Both the position numbers and the translations under genes were made by a program. The notes below the pieces were generated by a model, which was not told the DNA's origin, made no database searches, and worked only from the letters and a program-made list of their open reading frames with translations. A stretch of DNA of 59,726 nucleotides, filler included, from Sluysia triapertura (taxonomy: Eukaryota), in the NCBI GenBank assembly GCA_046118255.1. It is 5 parts of 5 records of this genome, joined end to end, with 100 filler letters (N's around TTAATTAATTAA, not from the genome) between each part and the next. Parts side by side here need not be neighbours in the genome. Positions count along the whole stretch, not along the records: positions 35,459 to 48,708 come from JBJNIA010050339.1; positions 48,809 to 59,726 come from JBJNIA010191529.1; 3 more parts are not named here. One strand, written 5' to 3'. Of this stretch, positions 38,751-51,606 are shown in pieces. How positions within the stretch are numbered: the first letter of the stretch is position 1; every line of letters starts with the position of its first letter.

Positions 38751-41723
38751 TGTGATGGCCGGTGTATATTGATAATTGATTTTAAATTAATCATCAACAA
38801 ATTAATATTAAGAAATTTAATATCATTATTGAACTTTATTTTACAAACTAAGAATTTCAAATTACTAAAGAAATAATAATGGAAACACATATATTTAGTT
38901 TGAGTAATAACTTTATAAAAGTACCACAAATCAAATAATTTTGCTACAGCAAAGTATTTAGCGTCGCCACACATTTCATACAATTCGTTCAAATCATTGA
39001 AAAGAATATTAAAAAAATGTTTATATAACATTCTCATTTCTTTAAAACCACCAATGTTATTTATTTCATTACATCTGCTGACTACCATATCCCACAGCTC
39101 GGGTGTTATCTTCTTAAACTCACCACATGCGACATTTTGACTATCCGTAATAACCGCTTGATAGCTTGACGAGATCAACGGTGATTTAGCTGCAAGTGAT
39201 TTGAAAAACGAACTGATAACAGTAAAAGGTTGGCACGTATTTGAAATCATAGGATATTCAGTATTATGATCGTCTTCTATACCATGTTGCAAAAGATTTT
39301 TATAATTACTAAAATCAGAAATGAAAATTCTTCCTTGAAATATATTTCTTTAAACACAAAAGCAACAATAATGCCATTACACATTGATCTGTGAAATTAT
39401 CCAATGCATCTTGGATAAACGTAAGTTTTTTTAAATGTAATATATTCGTTTTTAAATTTGTTTTAAACTGTTACACCACCAACTAATAAATTGTAACAAT
39501 TGAGTACCCTTAATTTAGGGTGGTTATCGATTAAATCATAAAACCAACGTAACCTATGAAAAAATAGTTTTGTAAAGTCACAAATTTCACATTATGTAAT
39601 CTATTTAACAGTTCTTTTTGTATCTGTCGTTTAGACATTTTTAATATGTCTATGTGACGTTCCAAGGCATCTGCTACGTTAAAAGTGTGCAATACAACAG
39701 ATCTACCATCATGATCAACACTATTAGCTAATCTAACTGCAATATCAAGACAACGACGAGACATAAGCACTACCTGATCGAAGTTATGATATTTGTCGTA
39801 TAACATTAAGCAAACTTCATCACAACTTCTAGTTGGATCCATAAACCTGGCGAACTGCCTCGCGCATTCTAATTCACCTTTTCTCTCACTTGAACTACAT
39901 CTACATAATGGTCTCATAACAATCTCTTTAAAATCTAATAATAATATTTGACTAACAATCTCTTTAAAATTTTGAATCTCCCAAGGTATATCCTTCATGT
40001 GCAATGATAAATCACTCATTTCTGATACTAATCTAGTTACTTTAAAAGGCCTTCTTGTATACAATCTTCGACAAACATTGACCACATAAATCTTCTGTAC
40101 AGTAACCTCATGACCTTCTGTTAATTCCTCGACTTTGAGTCACATCTTTATGACGTGCTTGATCGATACTTAAAAGTTTATCATGAGTAGATACACTTTT
40201 GACCAGTACTCTAGACATTTTTGAACAATTTTGAATACTTTTGTATTCTAACTTTATCTTTTTAAAATTCTGATAACTTTTATATTAACCTTTCATAAAA
40301 TATAGTTTTCTGAATCCTACCTAGATTATTCATTAAAAATTCAAAAATCTTTTTTAAAATGCACTCTTTGTTCTTTGAATTCTTATTCCAACTTGCATCA
40401 ACTAACAATTTTTCAAATTTGACCTTCAAGGTTACTTATATATGACAAATTTTTGTTTATAAGATCACAGTGTTTATACAAAAGCTTTTCAATAAAATTA
40501 TTTTTCAATAAATAAATCATTTTAAACTCAAACTTGAGTCAAACATGTTATTTCACTTAAATTTATTTTAGTTCATATATATACATGTAAATAAAAACAA
40601 AATCTTTCTTTTATTCGACAATAGAATAATCAATAGCATTTTGAATATGCATAATTTATTTCATGTTACCGCAATTTTCATATTATTTTATCCAAAATAT
40701 GGAGCAGTAAAATATTTTAGAACCTCGAAAAGTATTTTCAAATGCAAAAATAAGACTGTTTGTAAATTTGTCTAATTTAAATTTTTAAAATTGCTGCATC
40801 ACCAAAATGGTAAACTTGAACTTTTAAACATTTAACGCCTATTATTATTGACTAATGTAAAGTGATCAACACAATAAACAAGATAAACGAAATCATGAAA
40901 CCAATTTTTAATCAGTAATTTTTAAAATTATTTAATATAAGAAATTGAATGATGAATTCAAGATTGTGTCAAAGTTTCACGTAACATCGTGTCTTGATAT
41001 AATTCCGGTTGAATTATTTAACGATAATTTGATGAAATTTCGGGATTGTTAGGAATACCGTTGATGGAATATCCCTTTTTAATATTTATTTTTACTGCTA
41101 CTGGTTAATGAGCTCGGTCCAACTGAAGAACGATAAACAATGTACTTGCTGATATAGTAGATTGTCCTGGGATTTACACCAATCCATAAACCAAACAAAT
41201 TATTGATATATAATGATTCATCTGAAACAGAAGATCCAAATCGATGATATATTTGCGTGAATTATTTATTTTCACTTTGTTTGATGTTCATTGCTACTAA
41301 CCACGAATATATCATAACGTAGGCCTTGTGGAGATTGTGAACCTTGTATGGTCACGGTCATGAATAGACTTGAAAAAAGAAAAAAACTACAAATGAATTG
41401 TTTTTACAAAAATTCGAAATATCTTTATTCATCTTCAAATAATAAAAAGAAGAATGCAAAAATTGACACTATGATGGTGTAGTTGGGTAGAGCGATATTG
41501 ACGGATTGAAATATGGTTATTGGATCACTTACTGTAATTTTAATTGAATTACGTTGTATTTTAGGTAAAGTGTGTTAATATAATATATTTAAAATTGGTA
41601 ATATGTTTGAAATATATTATATTTTATGTGTTATTATGAGTATAAGATGTGGCGGAGGTGTCATGTGTGTTGGATGTTTGCGATTGCGTGTGTTAGGGGT
41701 TGGTGAATGAGTTGAACACTACA
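38751..41723 (-). mobile_element. Cargo cassette copy E (divergent subfamily)
   Basis: 3' end reads ggccatcaca on - (38760-38751). The 3' module YYFFSNLKFLV resembles YLFFSNEDFIV of copy A. Candidate 5' end tgtagtgttcaac at 41723 with a C/A arm. No CCAAT hairpin or TSD seen, so the 5' link is tentative. Confidence 0.5.
38850..40218 (-). pseudogene. Frameshifted intronless cargo ORF E, function unknown
   Basis: ATG at 40218 (MSRVLVKS..), frameshift near 40135 into ORF 39531-40085, further break before ORF 38747-39292; composition is clearly more coding-like than the flanks. Confidence 0.65.
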
Positions 41724-42039
41724 GGATGCATAGATGATTATTGAACTGATTATCACCTGATGGTGCTGCATACCACCAATTTCCATTTTTGTGACCAACG
41801 ACTGGAACAAATGAACGCGGCCTTCCTTCCTTCTACATTGGATTACTAGGAATTAAAAATACTGAATGTTAATTATTTCCAGAAATTATTCTCAAAACAA
41901 TATTGAATAAGGGCTTCAAAACTACGCTTTAATTGAGTAGCATTATGTTTTACTACGAAGAACTTTAGCAAACACACCTAATTTTTAATAACACATTTAA
42001 GAGGGTTACTTGAATCATAAATGTATTTTTAAAAGACTT

Positions 42040-42653
42040 CGGAAAATCTAAGTGAAATATAAGTAACGAATTACGAAAAGCCTGTTTATACATAATTGCT
42101 AAATTTTAACATTGTTATTAATTTTATTACATTGTTTATATTGGACAAAAATTTTCTCATGATGTTCGTTAAAAATAATACTCAAATCGTACATTTTCAA
42201 ACTAAAATAACTATTTAGGATCGCATATATAACACAAATGATGAACATCCAAATAGAAAAATATTTCAATAGGAAATTTAACTGATATTTCAAGCTGCAA
42301 ATGTTACGAAAGTGTTAGTTTAGGGTTCATTGGTTTTGAAAAATAATCACGAAATCTTGGAACACCTTTGCATTTTCCTTTAAAATTCACGGTTATCATT
42401 CAATTTACTGTGTAGTCACAATAAATGTTCGATTTAATTTCTTCTATGAAAATATAAAATTTTTAATCATCGTATCCTTATGAATATCGATCGTTTTCAA
42501 TATTACAATTTATTAATTTTTAAATAATTTTACACAAAATAGTAATAATAATAAAAGAATAACTCAACATTTAATAATTCTTCAACATTAAGTTTTCGAT
42601 CAATTAAAGAATACTTTTGTAATGATTTGTGATTGTAACCGATTTTTACTTCG
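42040..42653 (-). mobile_element. Decayed LINE RT fragment interrupted by cassette C
   Basis: Minus strand RSKNRLQ and YDLSIIFNE resemble the RT motifs SYL.NR.Q and DLG.IFD; ttgtaaccgatttttactt also occurs at about 34235. Confidence 0.45.
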
Positions 42654-43628
42654 TGTGGTGGACAACCTTTATAACTATTAAATTTTATTAAAAAAATTAA
42701 TTTAATTTTTCAACACTTCAACATTCAAATATCTATCTCCTATACACTCACATAATACTTCATCCACCAAAACTAAGTCACATTCACAATCTCATAATAT
42801 ACAAATCTCATTTACACCTAATGTCATCAAATTACATAACAGATCCATTAAAACATGTAACTCTACATTTATAACAATCAAACCTTAACTACTTTTAAAA
42901 TTACCCACTCGACATCTTCGAATCAACAGCAACCTTTCAGATTCATCATTTATTATTGCACAATCACTAACAACACAAAAATAACAACACTCAAAACAGC
43001 AATAAAACAAATCATAATACCAACATGGTACATCAACCTTTCAAATATACTAAGAGTTGTACTATAATTTATCTTTTTACACTTATTAAACCACACTTTT
43101 CTGAATAAATCTTATGGTTACAATCTTCTAACATTCAAATATTACTCTCAATCAAGAACTTGTCCATTTCACTATATGGCATAAAAACTGCTATCGCACC
43201 TTGAAATGTTAAGTACATATGCTAAATTTACTTAGATTAATCTGTACGTGAAGATTTTAACTTTAAACATATTTAAATGCAGTACAATATGTCCAGAAAT
43301 CCTTAGGAGTTAAAGAAAGATTGTTTACAGTTTTTAAGGAGTCCAAAAGTTTATGCAATGTAATAACAACAATAACTTTAACATCGCTATTGCTATTGCA
43401 TTCAGTGCAAAATGTTCAAGAGAAAGAAGGAAAGATTTTGTGGATTCAGAAGAAACGAAGAAATGTATGCGTATATAATAACAATAATTATAATAATAAT
43501 ATCTATAACAAAATAATAATAATAACAATACTAATATCAATAATAATAACAATAATAATGATAATCAAAATAATAATCTAAATGAATAAATTAATAAAAA
43601 TCGTAGTTTAAGCCAACTTTGTTACTTC

Positions 43629-43797
43629 CATCATCATCGGCGACATTTCATTTAACAGTTAAAATTATATGTCAGCGATGACGATGACGGCCATCATGGT
43701 TGACTAAATTATCATCAAGTAATTGCTATATTGATTGTCCAACTAAAATCGTGTATGTATAGACATCATTTACACGATTTGGTTGGATAACCAATCA
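43629..43797 (+). promoter_or_regulatory. Twin-hairpin module of copy C
   Basis: catcatcatcg-gc-gacat / atgtc-ag-cgatgacgatg; tgattgtccaactaaaatcgtgta / tacacgatttggttggataaccaatca. Confidence 0.65.
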
Positions 43798-43957
43798 TTA
43801 ATGTAATTAAAAAAAGAATTTATGTTACAAATTTTAATCATAATTACAAAAAAAGCTCAAAAGTAAATCTTCATTTTGCAATTTTTTGTCGAACCAACAA
43901 AACGAATATTGTTATAAATTTCAACAAAAATTTTGAAAAATTTACAGTTGACAAGAG

Positions 43958-45190
43958 ATGGATGAAAATTCACAGTTCTGTTTCTCACTAAATCCAGAAA
44001 AAAAATCATATTTTCAAATCAATCAAAGAATGAATTTATAAAGTTTTTGCGAGAGAGATATAATCTTATGTGTCGAACTATTGATTTCTATATGAAGTAT
44101 TCTTTAGTATTAACTGAGAACAACAAATTATCTGGTTTAAAAATTGTGCATGTACACAATTCAGGTTGCACATTTCCAAAATTAGAATGGATAAAGAGAT
44201 TGTCACAAGTTAATAGTTTTAAATCATCGGATCTAATTCGCACATGCCATGATAGTTTGTTTTTAATCAAGGAACAAGTTCAGTTATTAACATGCAACTC
44301 GGTAACGAGGTATATTATATATTTCGACAATCGTTTAATTATAAAGACTATATTCAAAAAGGAGAAGAGAAATATTATAGTAAATCAAGTTAATATGGCA
44401 TATGAATTCATTATTTTCTTAATCTATTTTTTAAAAGACCACAATCGTAACAAAGGCAATATCACCGTGGCATTCAACATTTTAATGACCGTTCTTAATA
44501 AAGAAAACATGAAATATACAGTTCAAGATGATATTTTACTAAATGCTACACATCTGTTCATATTCAGTAATTGTTTAGTTTTTTTACATGTTAAAGACTA
44601 AATATGTAATAAATGTTTATAGCTTTCTCACCTATCACATTAATTTTCATAACAACATTATGATTACTGATCTTATGATTACCACAAGTAATCTATGTCT
44701 CATGAGTATTCTAAGAACATCGGGTTTGTCAATACTTTTAAATCATAATAGAAGTACCGTTTTTGAAAAGTTTAAAGATCATAAATTTGCTCAAAGTGTT
44801 CCAGATATTATTGATAATTTTAAAGATGTTTTTATGAGTATTAGTGGACGCGTGAGTAACATAACAATTCATGAATTTTATATTATTGTCACTGAGTTTA
44901 TGTTAGAATTACCCATGTTCGATACTACAGATCTTCTCGCCATGTTTGAAAGATGCTTATTTCAAAATAATAACAAACTTAGTTCTAGAGAAGTCAGTTG
45001 CGCATGCTGCTTGACTTCCCAAAATTCAAATACAAATGTGTGGAATTCGGAAATTTCATGGTATAATAACAGTGTAAATTTTTCTTTTGTAAACTCATTA
45101 TACAATTTTAATTTTAATTATTATTTAGACGATAATATAAAGGCAAGGCCAATGACGTTACACGAGGATGCAGCAATAAATTTTAAATAA
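43958..45190 (+). pseudogene. Frameshifted intronless cargo ORF C, function unknown
   Basis: ATG at 43958, frameshift into ORF 44047-44601, overlapping ORF 44588-45190; no introns apparent. Confidence 0.6.
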
Positions 45191-46459
45191 ATTGTTACGT
45201 TTAAAGATAAAGAAATTTTTACAGTTTAATTTGTTTATTTCATAGACTTTAGTGAATTCTTGATTTTAAACTTGCATAAAGATACTAAATTTAACAGTAA
45301 TAAAAAAATTAGATCAAATGATATGAATAGAGATTATAATTATTTTTATTCCCAAGTTAAAAAACTTATCATTAAAAGAAATTGTCTTCATATAGGTCTA
45401 GCGTCTCAAGACTTAATCATATTATTTCGCTCCAAATTAAAACCTATAATTTATGAAATGAATCAATTAGATTGTTCCCAGTTAAACCTAATATATCAAA
45501 ACATTTTGTTAACATCTCCAAATTGGCATCAGCTAAATTTAATATGTCCAATTCCAACCTCAGTAAACTTTAACACTTTGATTTGTGCATTGATTGTTGT
45601 GATATGATGAACAATTGATGTATTAATATTGTTAGTTATTGATATTTTGCATTGGTAGTGATTTTTTGGTTTCGGATTTTTCAAAAAAAATGTAAGTGAT
45701 TTTAATCATTTAATTTTAATTATTTAATTATTTAACTATAAGTAATTTATTAAACCATTTTAATTTTATAATCAAACTAGAGTAAAATGTTAATAACTAT
45801 TTTAATTATTTTGTTTTAATACATTAAAACTATATAAATAAACATTTTCACAATATTTGCATAACATTTTGATAACATTTTGTAAAATTTTTTGCAACAG
45901 ACTTCGAAATTCTGGCTACGACTCCAGTAGTTTTTTAATATTCTTTAATCATTGTGAATCTACATTTTACGTTAGTTTAATTATTATAAGGTTCGATACC
46001 CTAGAGTATCATTAGTAAAATATACTTAAATTTATTTAATTCATTTGGATCGTATAGTGGATCATTAGCAAAATATATTTTTAAATTATTTTATTGAGTT
46101 AACTAATTAAGTTAGTTCTGTAATTTATTATTATTATTGACAATTCTTATAAATTTTTAATCTTTTGTATAAGTTTTATAATAAAGTTTTTCTTTTTAAT
46201 TCCTTAGTCAATTAAAATAGTTTTAAAATTTGTTAACACTTAAAATTCCCTTGCTTTCGAGAAGCTAGAATTTAAATCTAGCAAATAAAATTTGTTATAA
46301 CGATTCCATAAAACGGAATCTACGTAAAATTACTAAATAAATTTTAATTCTATTTATAATCAAAGTTTTTCTAGATACTACAATACTACAAACTTTCAAT
46401 TATATTTACATCCTAAATTTGATAATTATCAGAGAATCTTAACAATAGGCATTAATAAA

Positions 46460-46600
46460 TTTTACCTCCAGATATGATTGAGCATTAAGGTTCGATTAGC
46501 ATATTTTTGAGACTTATCTTGATTTATAAAATCCAACGGCTGGCCCTAGCTGGTAAGCCCAGTACGTTGGTGAACTCACTTTAAATTAAGTTTTATTCTA
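46460..46600 (+). repeat. Structured dispersed repeat R2, copy 2
   Basis: acctccag...aaaatccaacggctggccctagctggtaagcccagtacgttggtgaactcac matches 52-170. Confidence 0.75.
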
Positions 46601-48404
46601 TCACATTTACTTCACTTTTCTCACAATTATTTATCTATTATTATTTGTCATTTTATTTACTTTATTTGCATCAATTCCATTGTTCATTTAACATTATAGG
46701 AAACGCCGTGTTTCGAATACGGTCGTAAACTAGACTCAAAATTTATTATTAAAGAAAATGTGTTAAAAATTAAGATACCGTTTTTATAATATGGTAATAA
46801 TATATCACTTAAAATAACTTGTTTTGATTAAACTATTTAAAAAAAATATCATTTGATAAAAGGAATAGACCTTAGAAAATCATTTTGTGTAATACAATCT
46901 TTTACGCAATTTATTAATACTAATAATAAGAAAATTATCGACTCTATTTTACGTCCAATTTTTACTTCTGATAATTACTACTTACAACTTAGCCTTTAAG
47001 TATGTAAGACTAAGATTAAGAAAATCATAAATTAAGACATAAATTAAGAAAATCAAAACACAAATCAAACCGAATTCTTGCATTTTGTACATAAGATTTC
47101 CTATATACAAAAAAAACGAATAAGATAATTAATATTTATATAATGTCTTTATATCGTCACTATGTTACTATAAATCGTAAGTTAATATAAGTTCAAATAA
47201 AATTATAAACATCAAAGTAAAAAATTTATGATCAAGTTATTTCAGAATCATTTTAATCACATTGACATATGGCTAATTATCAGATATTGAAAAATTTAAA
47301 ACATAAAACGATAATCTTATTCTAATTTATTGGAATTATTGTTTGGCATTTATATATAATATAAATATTCATTTATTTAAATGAAATTTATTTTATCATT
47401 TCAATCCAGAACTAAAATGAATTAATTGCATTAAATTTTTCAAAAACATTTTAAACATTATTCGAATTACAAAATCAAATAATTACTATTTCAATTTAAG
47501 ATAAAGTAGATAAAACAAAACTATTTAGTAATTAAGCACAATTTATGGATTTTTTAAAAGTAATATGATATATGATATGTTCTTGAAATTAACAACAGTA
47601 AATATTTATGAATTTTATGTATTTAAAATATTGTATTAAAAATGCTCAAACTAGTCATTATATTAGAAATTATTTATAGTGTTTTAATGTGTTCCAAAAT
47701 AATTATACTATTGATAATTATTAACAATGAAAAAGATGAATACAAAATTTATTAATTATAATTCGAACGACGAATAAAATAAATTGTTTTTATTTGTTTG
47801 TTTTTCACAAATTTGACAAACAATATTAGTTTTATTGTCATTTTATGATGGACAAAATTAATACCTTGTCCATTTTTTGTACAAATTTTAATACTTGATT
47901 GCACCATCTCGTGATCTAATTAACTATTTCTGCTACTTGTTTATTTTATCAGAACAAATAACCTTAACAGATTTTATTTCCATCCTAGATTATTAAACAC
48001 CATAAAACATAAGTATTGCTGTGGTTTAAAATAATTAACAATTTAAAATAATTTAAATAATTAATAATTTTCTTAAACGAGTGAGACTGACATTTATCTT
48101 TTATCTTTAATCATGTTTAATTTATTCAACAGATGACCTTATTAAGAAGGTTCAATTACTCTGATCTTTAAATAAAATTAATTATCTTTCACCTTTTCGG
48201 TACCCAATCTACTATAATCCAATAAAAATTATATCAATAACACGAACTTTTATTTTTTTTCAAGAATCGAACTAAAATTTGCAATTGAAGCTGCTCTAGC
48301 TTCTACTTTATGCAACTCAATTTTGTAAATAAGATTTAACCATCAGTAACATATAAATCAGATTGTATAAGGATATTTTATATAAAGTTGAAATATCCTT
48401 AACA

Positions 48405-48492
48405 TGAAATAACTGACCAATTATTTTGAAATAACTGACCAATTATTTTGAAATAACTAATTAACCAATTAACATGAAATAACTGACCAATT
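48405..48492. repeat. 22-bp tandem repeat (tgaaataactgaccaattattt), about 4 imperfect units
   Basis: Directly visible; preceded by inverted pair aaggatattt/aaatatcctt at 48369-48400. Confidence 0.85.
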
Positions 48493-48708
48493 TACAGATA
48501 AATAAACAATTGTGCGACAAGAAGGTCGATTTGTCTCACTTGGAAATGATTTTAGTTACTACGAAATTTAAATGTTCTGCTAAATATAATTTCTGCTAAA
48601 AATTAAACTACAATAAATGCTACTGCAAAAGTCTGGAAATTGATATCTTCAACTTGTTTTTGTCTCGATAAATTATGGTATTAAATTGTGTTATTAAATT
48701 ATGATTTA

Positions 48709-48808
48709 NNNNNNNNNNNNNNNNNNNNNNNNNNNNNNNNNNNNNNNNNNNNTTAATTAATTAANNNNNNNNNNNNNNNNNNNNNNNNNNNNNNNNNNNN
48801 NNNNNNNN
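48709..48808. other. Artificial contig spacer
   Basis: N block with TTAATTAATTAA. Confidence 0.98.
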
Positions 48809-49213
48809 AAAATACTTCAACCTTTCATTAAGTACTTCAAACCATTCTATCTAATGTATAAATCTTGTTTTCAAATTATAAATCTTCAATAAGTTTTAAT
48901 AAATTATTCTAACACTCTTTATTTCATTTACAACCTAAACCACAATATCTTTCAAAAACAAGTTTAAGATAACTTTAAAAACTTCATTATCATACTGCGA
49001 AGCAACAACCACAAATGATACATTATACACTTAGTTACGGTTGTCCCTTCACAGTATAACATTCGTTTCTTTCCTTTTATTTCATTTGTGTAAATAGAAA
49101 GAGAAGAATATAAAGAAAAAGTTCGTGTTTAAGATTTTCAAAGATTTATGCGGTTTTAAATTTTTATAATAATAATAATAACAATAATTTTACCATTTTT
49201 ATTATTATTAATA

Positions 49214-49256
<43 letters not shown>

Positions 49257-49311
49257 CATTACTGTTAATTAACAATTAAAAATAAAATTGTTTGACGGTT
49301 AAACTGTTACT

Positions 49312-49476
49312 GCCATCACCAGTGTTGACAGTCTATGTCACATTTACATTAGGCTGTCAGCCCTGATGATGGTCAGTCATCAGTATTTACATATTACAAA
49401 TTGTATCATTGATTAACACACACACCACCCAATCAGACTATTTTTATCTTACTTACTAGTAATCTGATTGGGTGGA
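49312..49476 (+). promoter_or_regulatory. Twin-hairpin module of copy D
   Basis: ccatcaccag-tg-ttgacagtcta / taggctgtcag-cc-ctgatgatgg (two G-T pairs); ccacccaatcaga / tctgattgggtgg perfect 13 bp. Confidence 0.65.
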
Positions 49477-49630
49477 TTAAAAGTAGCAATAAAGAAAAAT
49501 TAAAAATTTCAATTTTTCAGACTAACTCAATAAACTAATAGAATTTTTTAACAATAACTTTTGGCAATAAAAATACACTGGTGACAAAAATAAAGCAGTT
49601 GATTATACGTTATTTAGCAAGAATTTTAAT

Positions 49631-51204
49631 ATGGAGCATTTACTACGATATTTCAATTTTAAAGGTGTAGAACTTATGAAAAAGAAATTAGTTAGACAAT
49701 GTCGTGAAAACTAATGTTAATCAACTTTACCAATACGTTTTTTGCAGGTTATTCAAGAATATCCTGATTCTAATTTGAAATGGAATCAATTCTTAAATGG
49801 TAAACCTATTTGTAATACTTGTATGAATAAAATAAAATCATCCTTCAATTATGATATACAGTGCCAAGAAATAATGAATTGGAAAAAGGAATGGATTACG
49901 AAGACACGTGATAACAGTTTGATTAATGATTTCAATTCTAATAAATTGTTTTCTGATTGATATCGATGTGTTCGGTGCAATAAATGGTGACAAGTTAGTC
50001 TGTCAGTGGAAATAATGCCTACAGAATTAGATAACTTCTCATGTAGTTTTATAATAAAACATACCAAAGAATTCAGTATATAAAGTCAAATCTAGAAAGA
50101 TTTTTGTTTTCCTTAGTTTATGAATTGCCGTTAGAATCTTCAATTAATTTAGAATGTTTCAATAATTCAGCTTTAAATATTGTTGGAATAAACCCAACTG
50201 TAACTGTACTAGATTTTTCTCTACCTGTAAATTGTAAAGAAGTTCTTCGAAATTTTCATGCTTTCAAGCAGGTGTCACACATTAATTGTGTTGTAGAAGC
50301 TATTAATCCCGTGGTTATGGATGATTGTGAAATAAGCATGTTTCTAGGATTTAAAGCTAATCAGAAATACTTACGTCTTAGTTTTCGAAATCTTATGTTA
50401 TTTTTATGGGTATCCGATGCTAAGATTCTAAAGTCTAGCCCAGATAGCGGCCTAAAAACAAATGAAAAGTTCGAGTTGAATGTAGATGTTCTAAGAAAAT
50501 ACATTATCGTCGACAGAAAATACATAAATCTTTTTTGTAAATTAGAGCATGTTAATTTAGTTAAAACATTTATTAAAAAGACCGGTCTATTTAATAAAGA
50601 TGTATTGCCAAAGGGCAGATTAAGGATTATAAAATTACAAAAATATAATTACGATGAAATTCAAGAGAGTTTAAGAGGTTCAATGTTCATCAGCGAAAAG
50701 GTAAGAAAACTTAGTAATTATGAAAACAATAAAGAAAAACCAGCTATGTTTGGTAGTCATTACGATGGTCGATTATCCTATACAAACTATGATTGTCAAT
50801 GCAAATTATTTCCGATTAATCCTGTTACGTTAGATGATTTTCGTGACTTTATGTTATCAAGTAAGAAGATAATTCTAATTATAAAATTTGCCGACTTATT
50901 CTACATTATGTTTTACTTTGTTAGTTTTAAGTTTACATTTTTATATGATCATCATTTAGATAACAAGCAATCTTACAGGATCCCGAAAATGCAACAAGAA
51001 GAGCGATGGGCAACAGATACTAGAAATTTAGAATCAAAATTCATTATTAGAACAATTTTTAATTTAAAAATTATAATTAACTTTTTTAGTTGTGAAATAA
51101 AATTTTATAATAGTTATCGTTTGTTTATAACTTATTATTTTAATACCAATCTATTAAAATCACGTCGAAATGCTATGCTTAGTTTTGAAATAAACTTTAT
51201 ATAA
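49631..51204 (+). pseudogene. Disrupted zf-CW plus divergent Macro-like domain cargo
   Basis: *YRCVRCNKW*QVSLSVEIMPTELDNFSCS fits zf-CW (W.QC..C.KWR...F/WYC) with W and R codons changed to TGA; frameshift near 50047; LPLESSINL...HINC aligns with LPLESVVNL...HCNC of cargo A. Confidence 0.6.
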
Positions 51205-51561
51205 CGGCAAAGAAAAAATTAAGTAAAGCTATAAGATGCTAAAAAACAAAAGGTTGAGATACTTAATGGAAATTATAAGAATATATTATCTTAACTCCAA
51301 TTCTACCTGCAACCATAGTTGTTCGTAATAAGCACGAACCAAACTTTAAAACATCTACCTTCCTAACAAGTTCATCGCTTAAACATATTTGTTATACAAT
51401 GAGTTTAATTGTGGAACTTTATAACAATATTTATAAGCCCTCAAAGAGAGCCAAAGTTTTAAAACTACATGTTCAAATCATTAATTTACTTCAAAAATTA
51501 TTCTTAAAGCATTATTTTATGTCATATATAACAACCCCATCCACTATAATTTTGATTTTCA

Positions 51562-51562
<1 letters not shown>

Positions 51563-51604
<42 letters not shown>
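51563..51604. repeat. (TTA)n microsatellite
   Basis: Directly visible; explains the poly-Leu in ORF 51399-51809. Confidence 0.9.

Positions 51605-51606
<2 letters not shown>

Larger units (their letters stand above)
42654..45531 (+). mobile_element. Cargo cassette copy C
   Basis: tgtggtggacaacc start; arm aligns with A (atccaccaaaa, catcaaattacat, atatgtccagaaat); AAT tract; hairpins at 43629-43797; 3' module; end caaattggcatca. Confidence 0.75.
48809..51377 (+). mobile_element. Cargo cassette copy D (5' end lost in the gap)
   Basis: C/A arm, gatttatgc then AAT tract, hairpins at 49312-49476, cargo ORF; 3' module atattatcttaactccaatt..tagttgttc aligns with copy C 45418-45480. Confidence 0.75.

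Noticed and set aside
43321-43581. Short ORFs rich in I/N/L (also 43334-43552, 51399-51809, 51907-52095)
   Set aside because: Translations of AAT/TTA microsatellites
45571-45580. Apparent 5-bp TSD cttcg/ctttg placing the end of copy C at 45575
   Set aside because: LINE-like coding sequence extends inward to about 45528 and the terminus-like ttggcatca is at 45523-45531, so the match is probably chance
48405-48492. CRISPR-like repeat
   Set aside because: Head-to-tail units without unique spacers, eukaryotic context, no cas genes
49958-49990. TGA read-through or an alternative genetic code in the cargo ORFs
   Set aside because: The two TGAs replace different expected residues (W and R), and other cargoes have TAA stops and frameshifts, so this is ordinary decay
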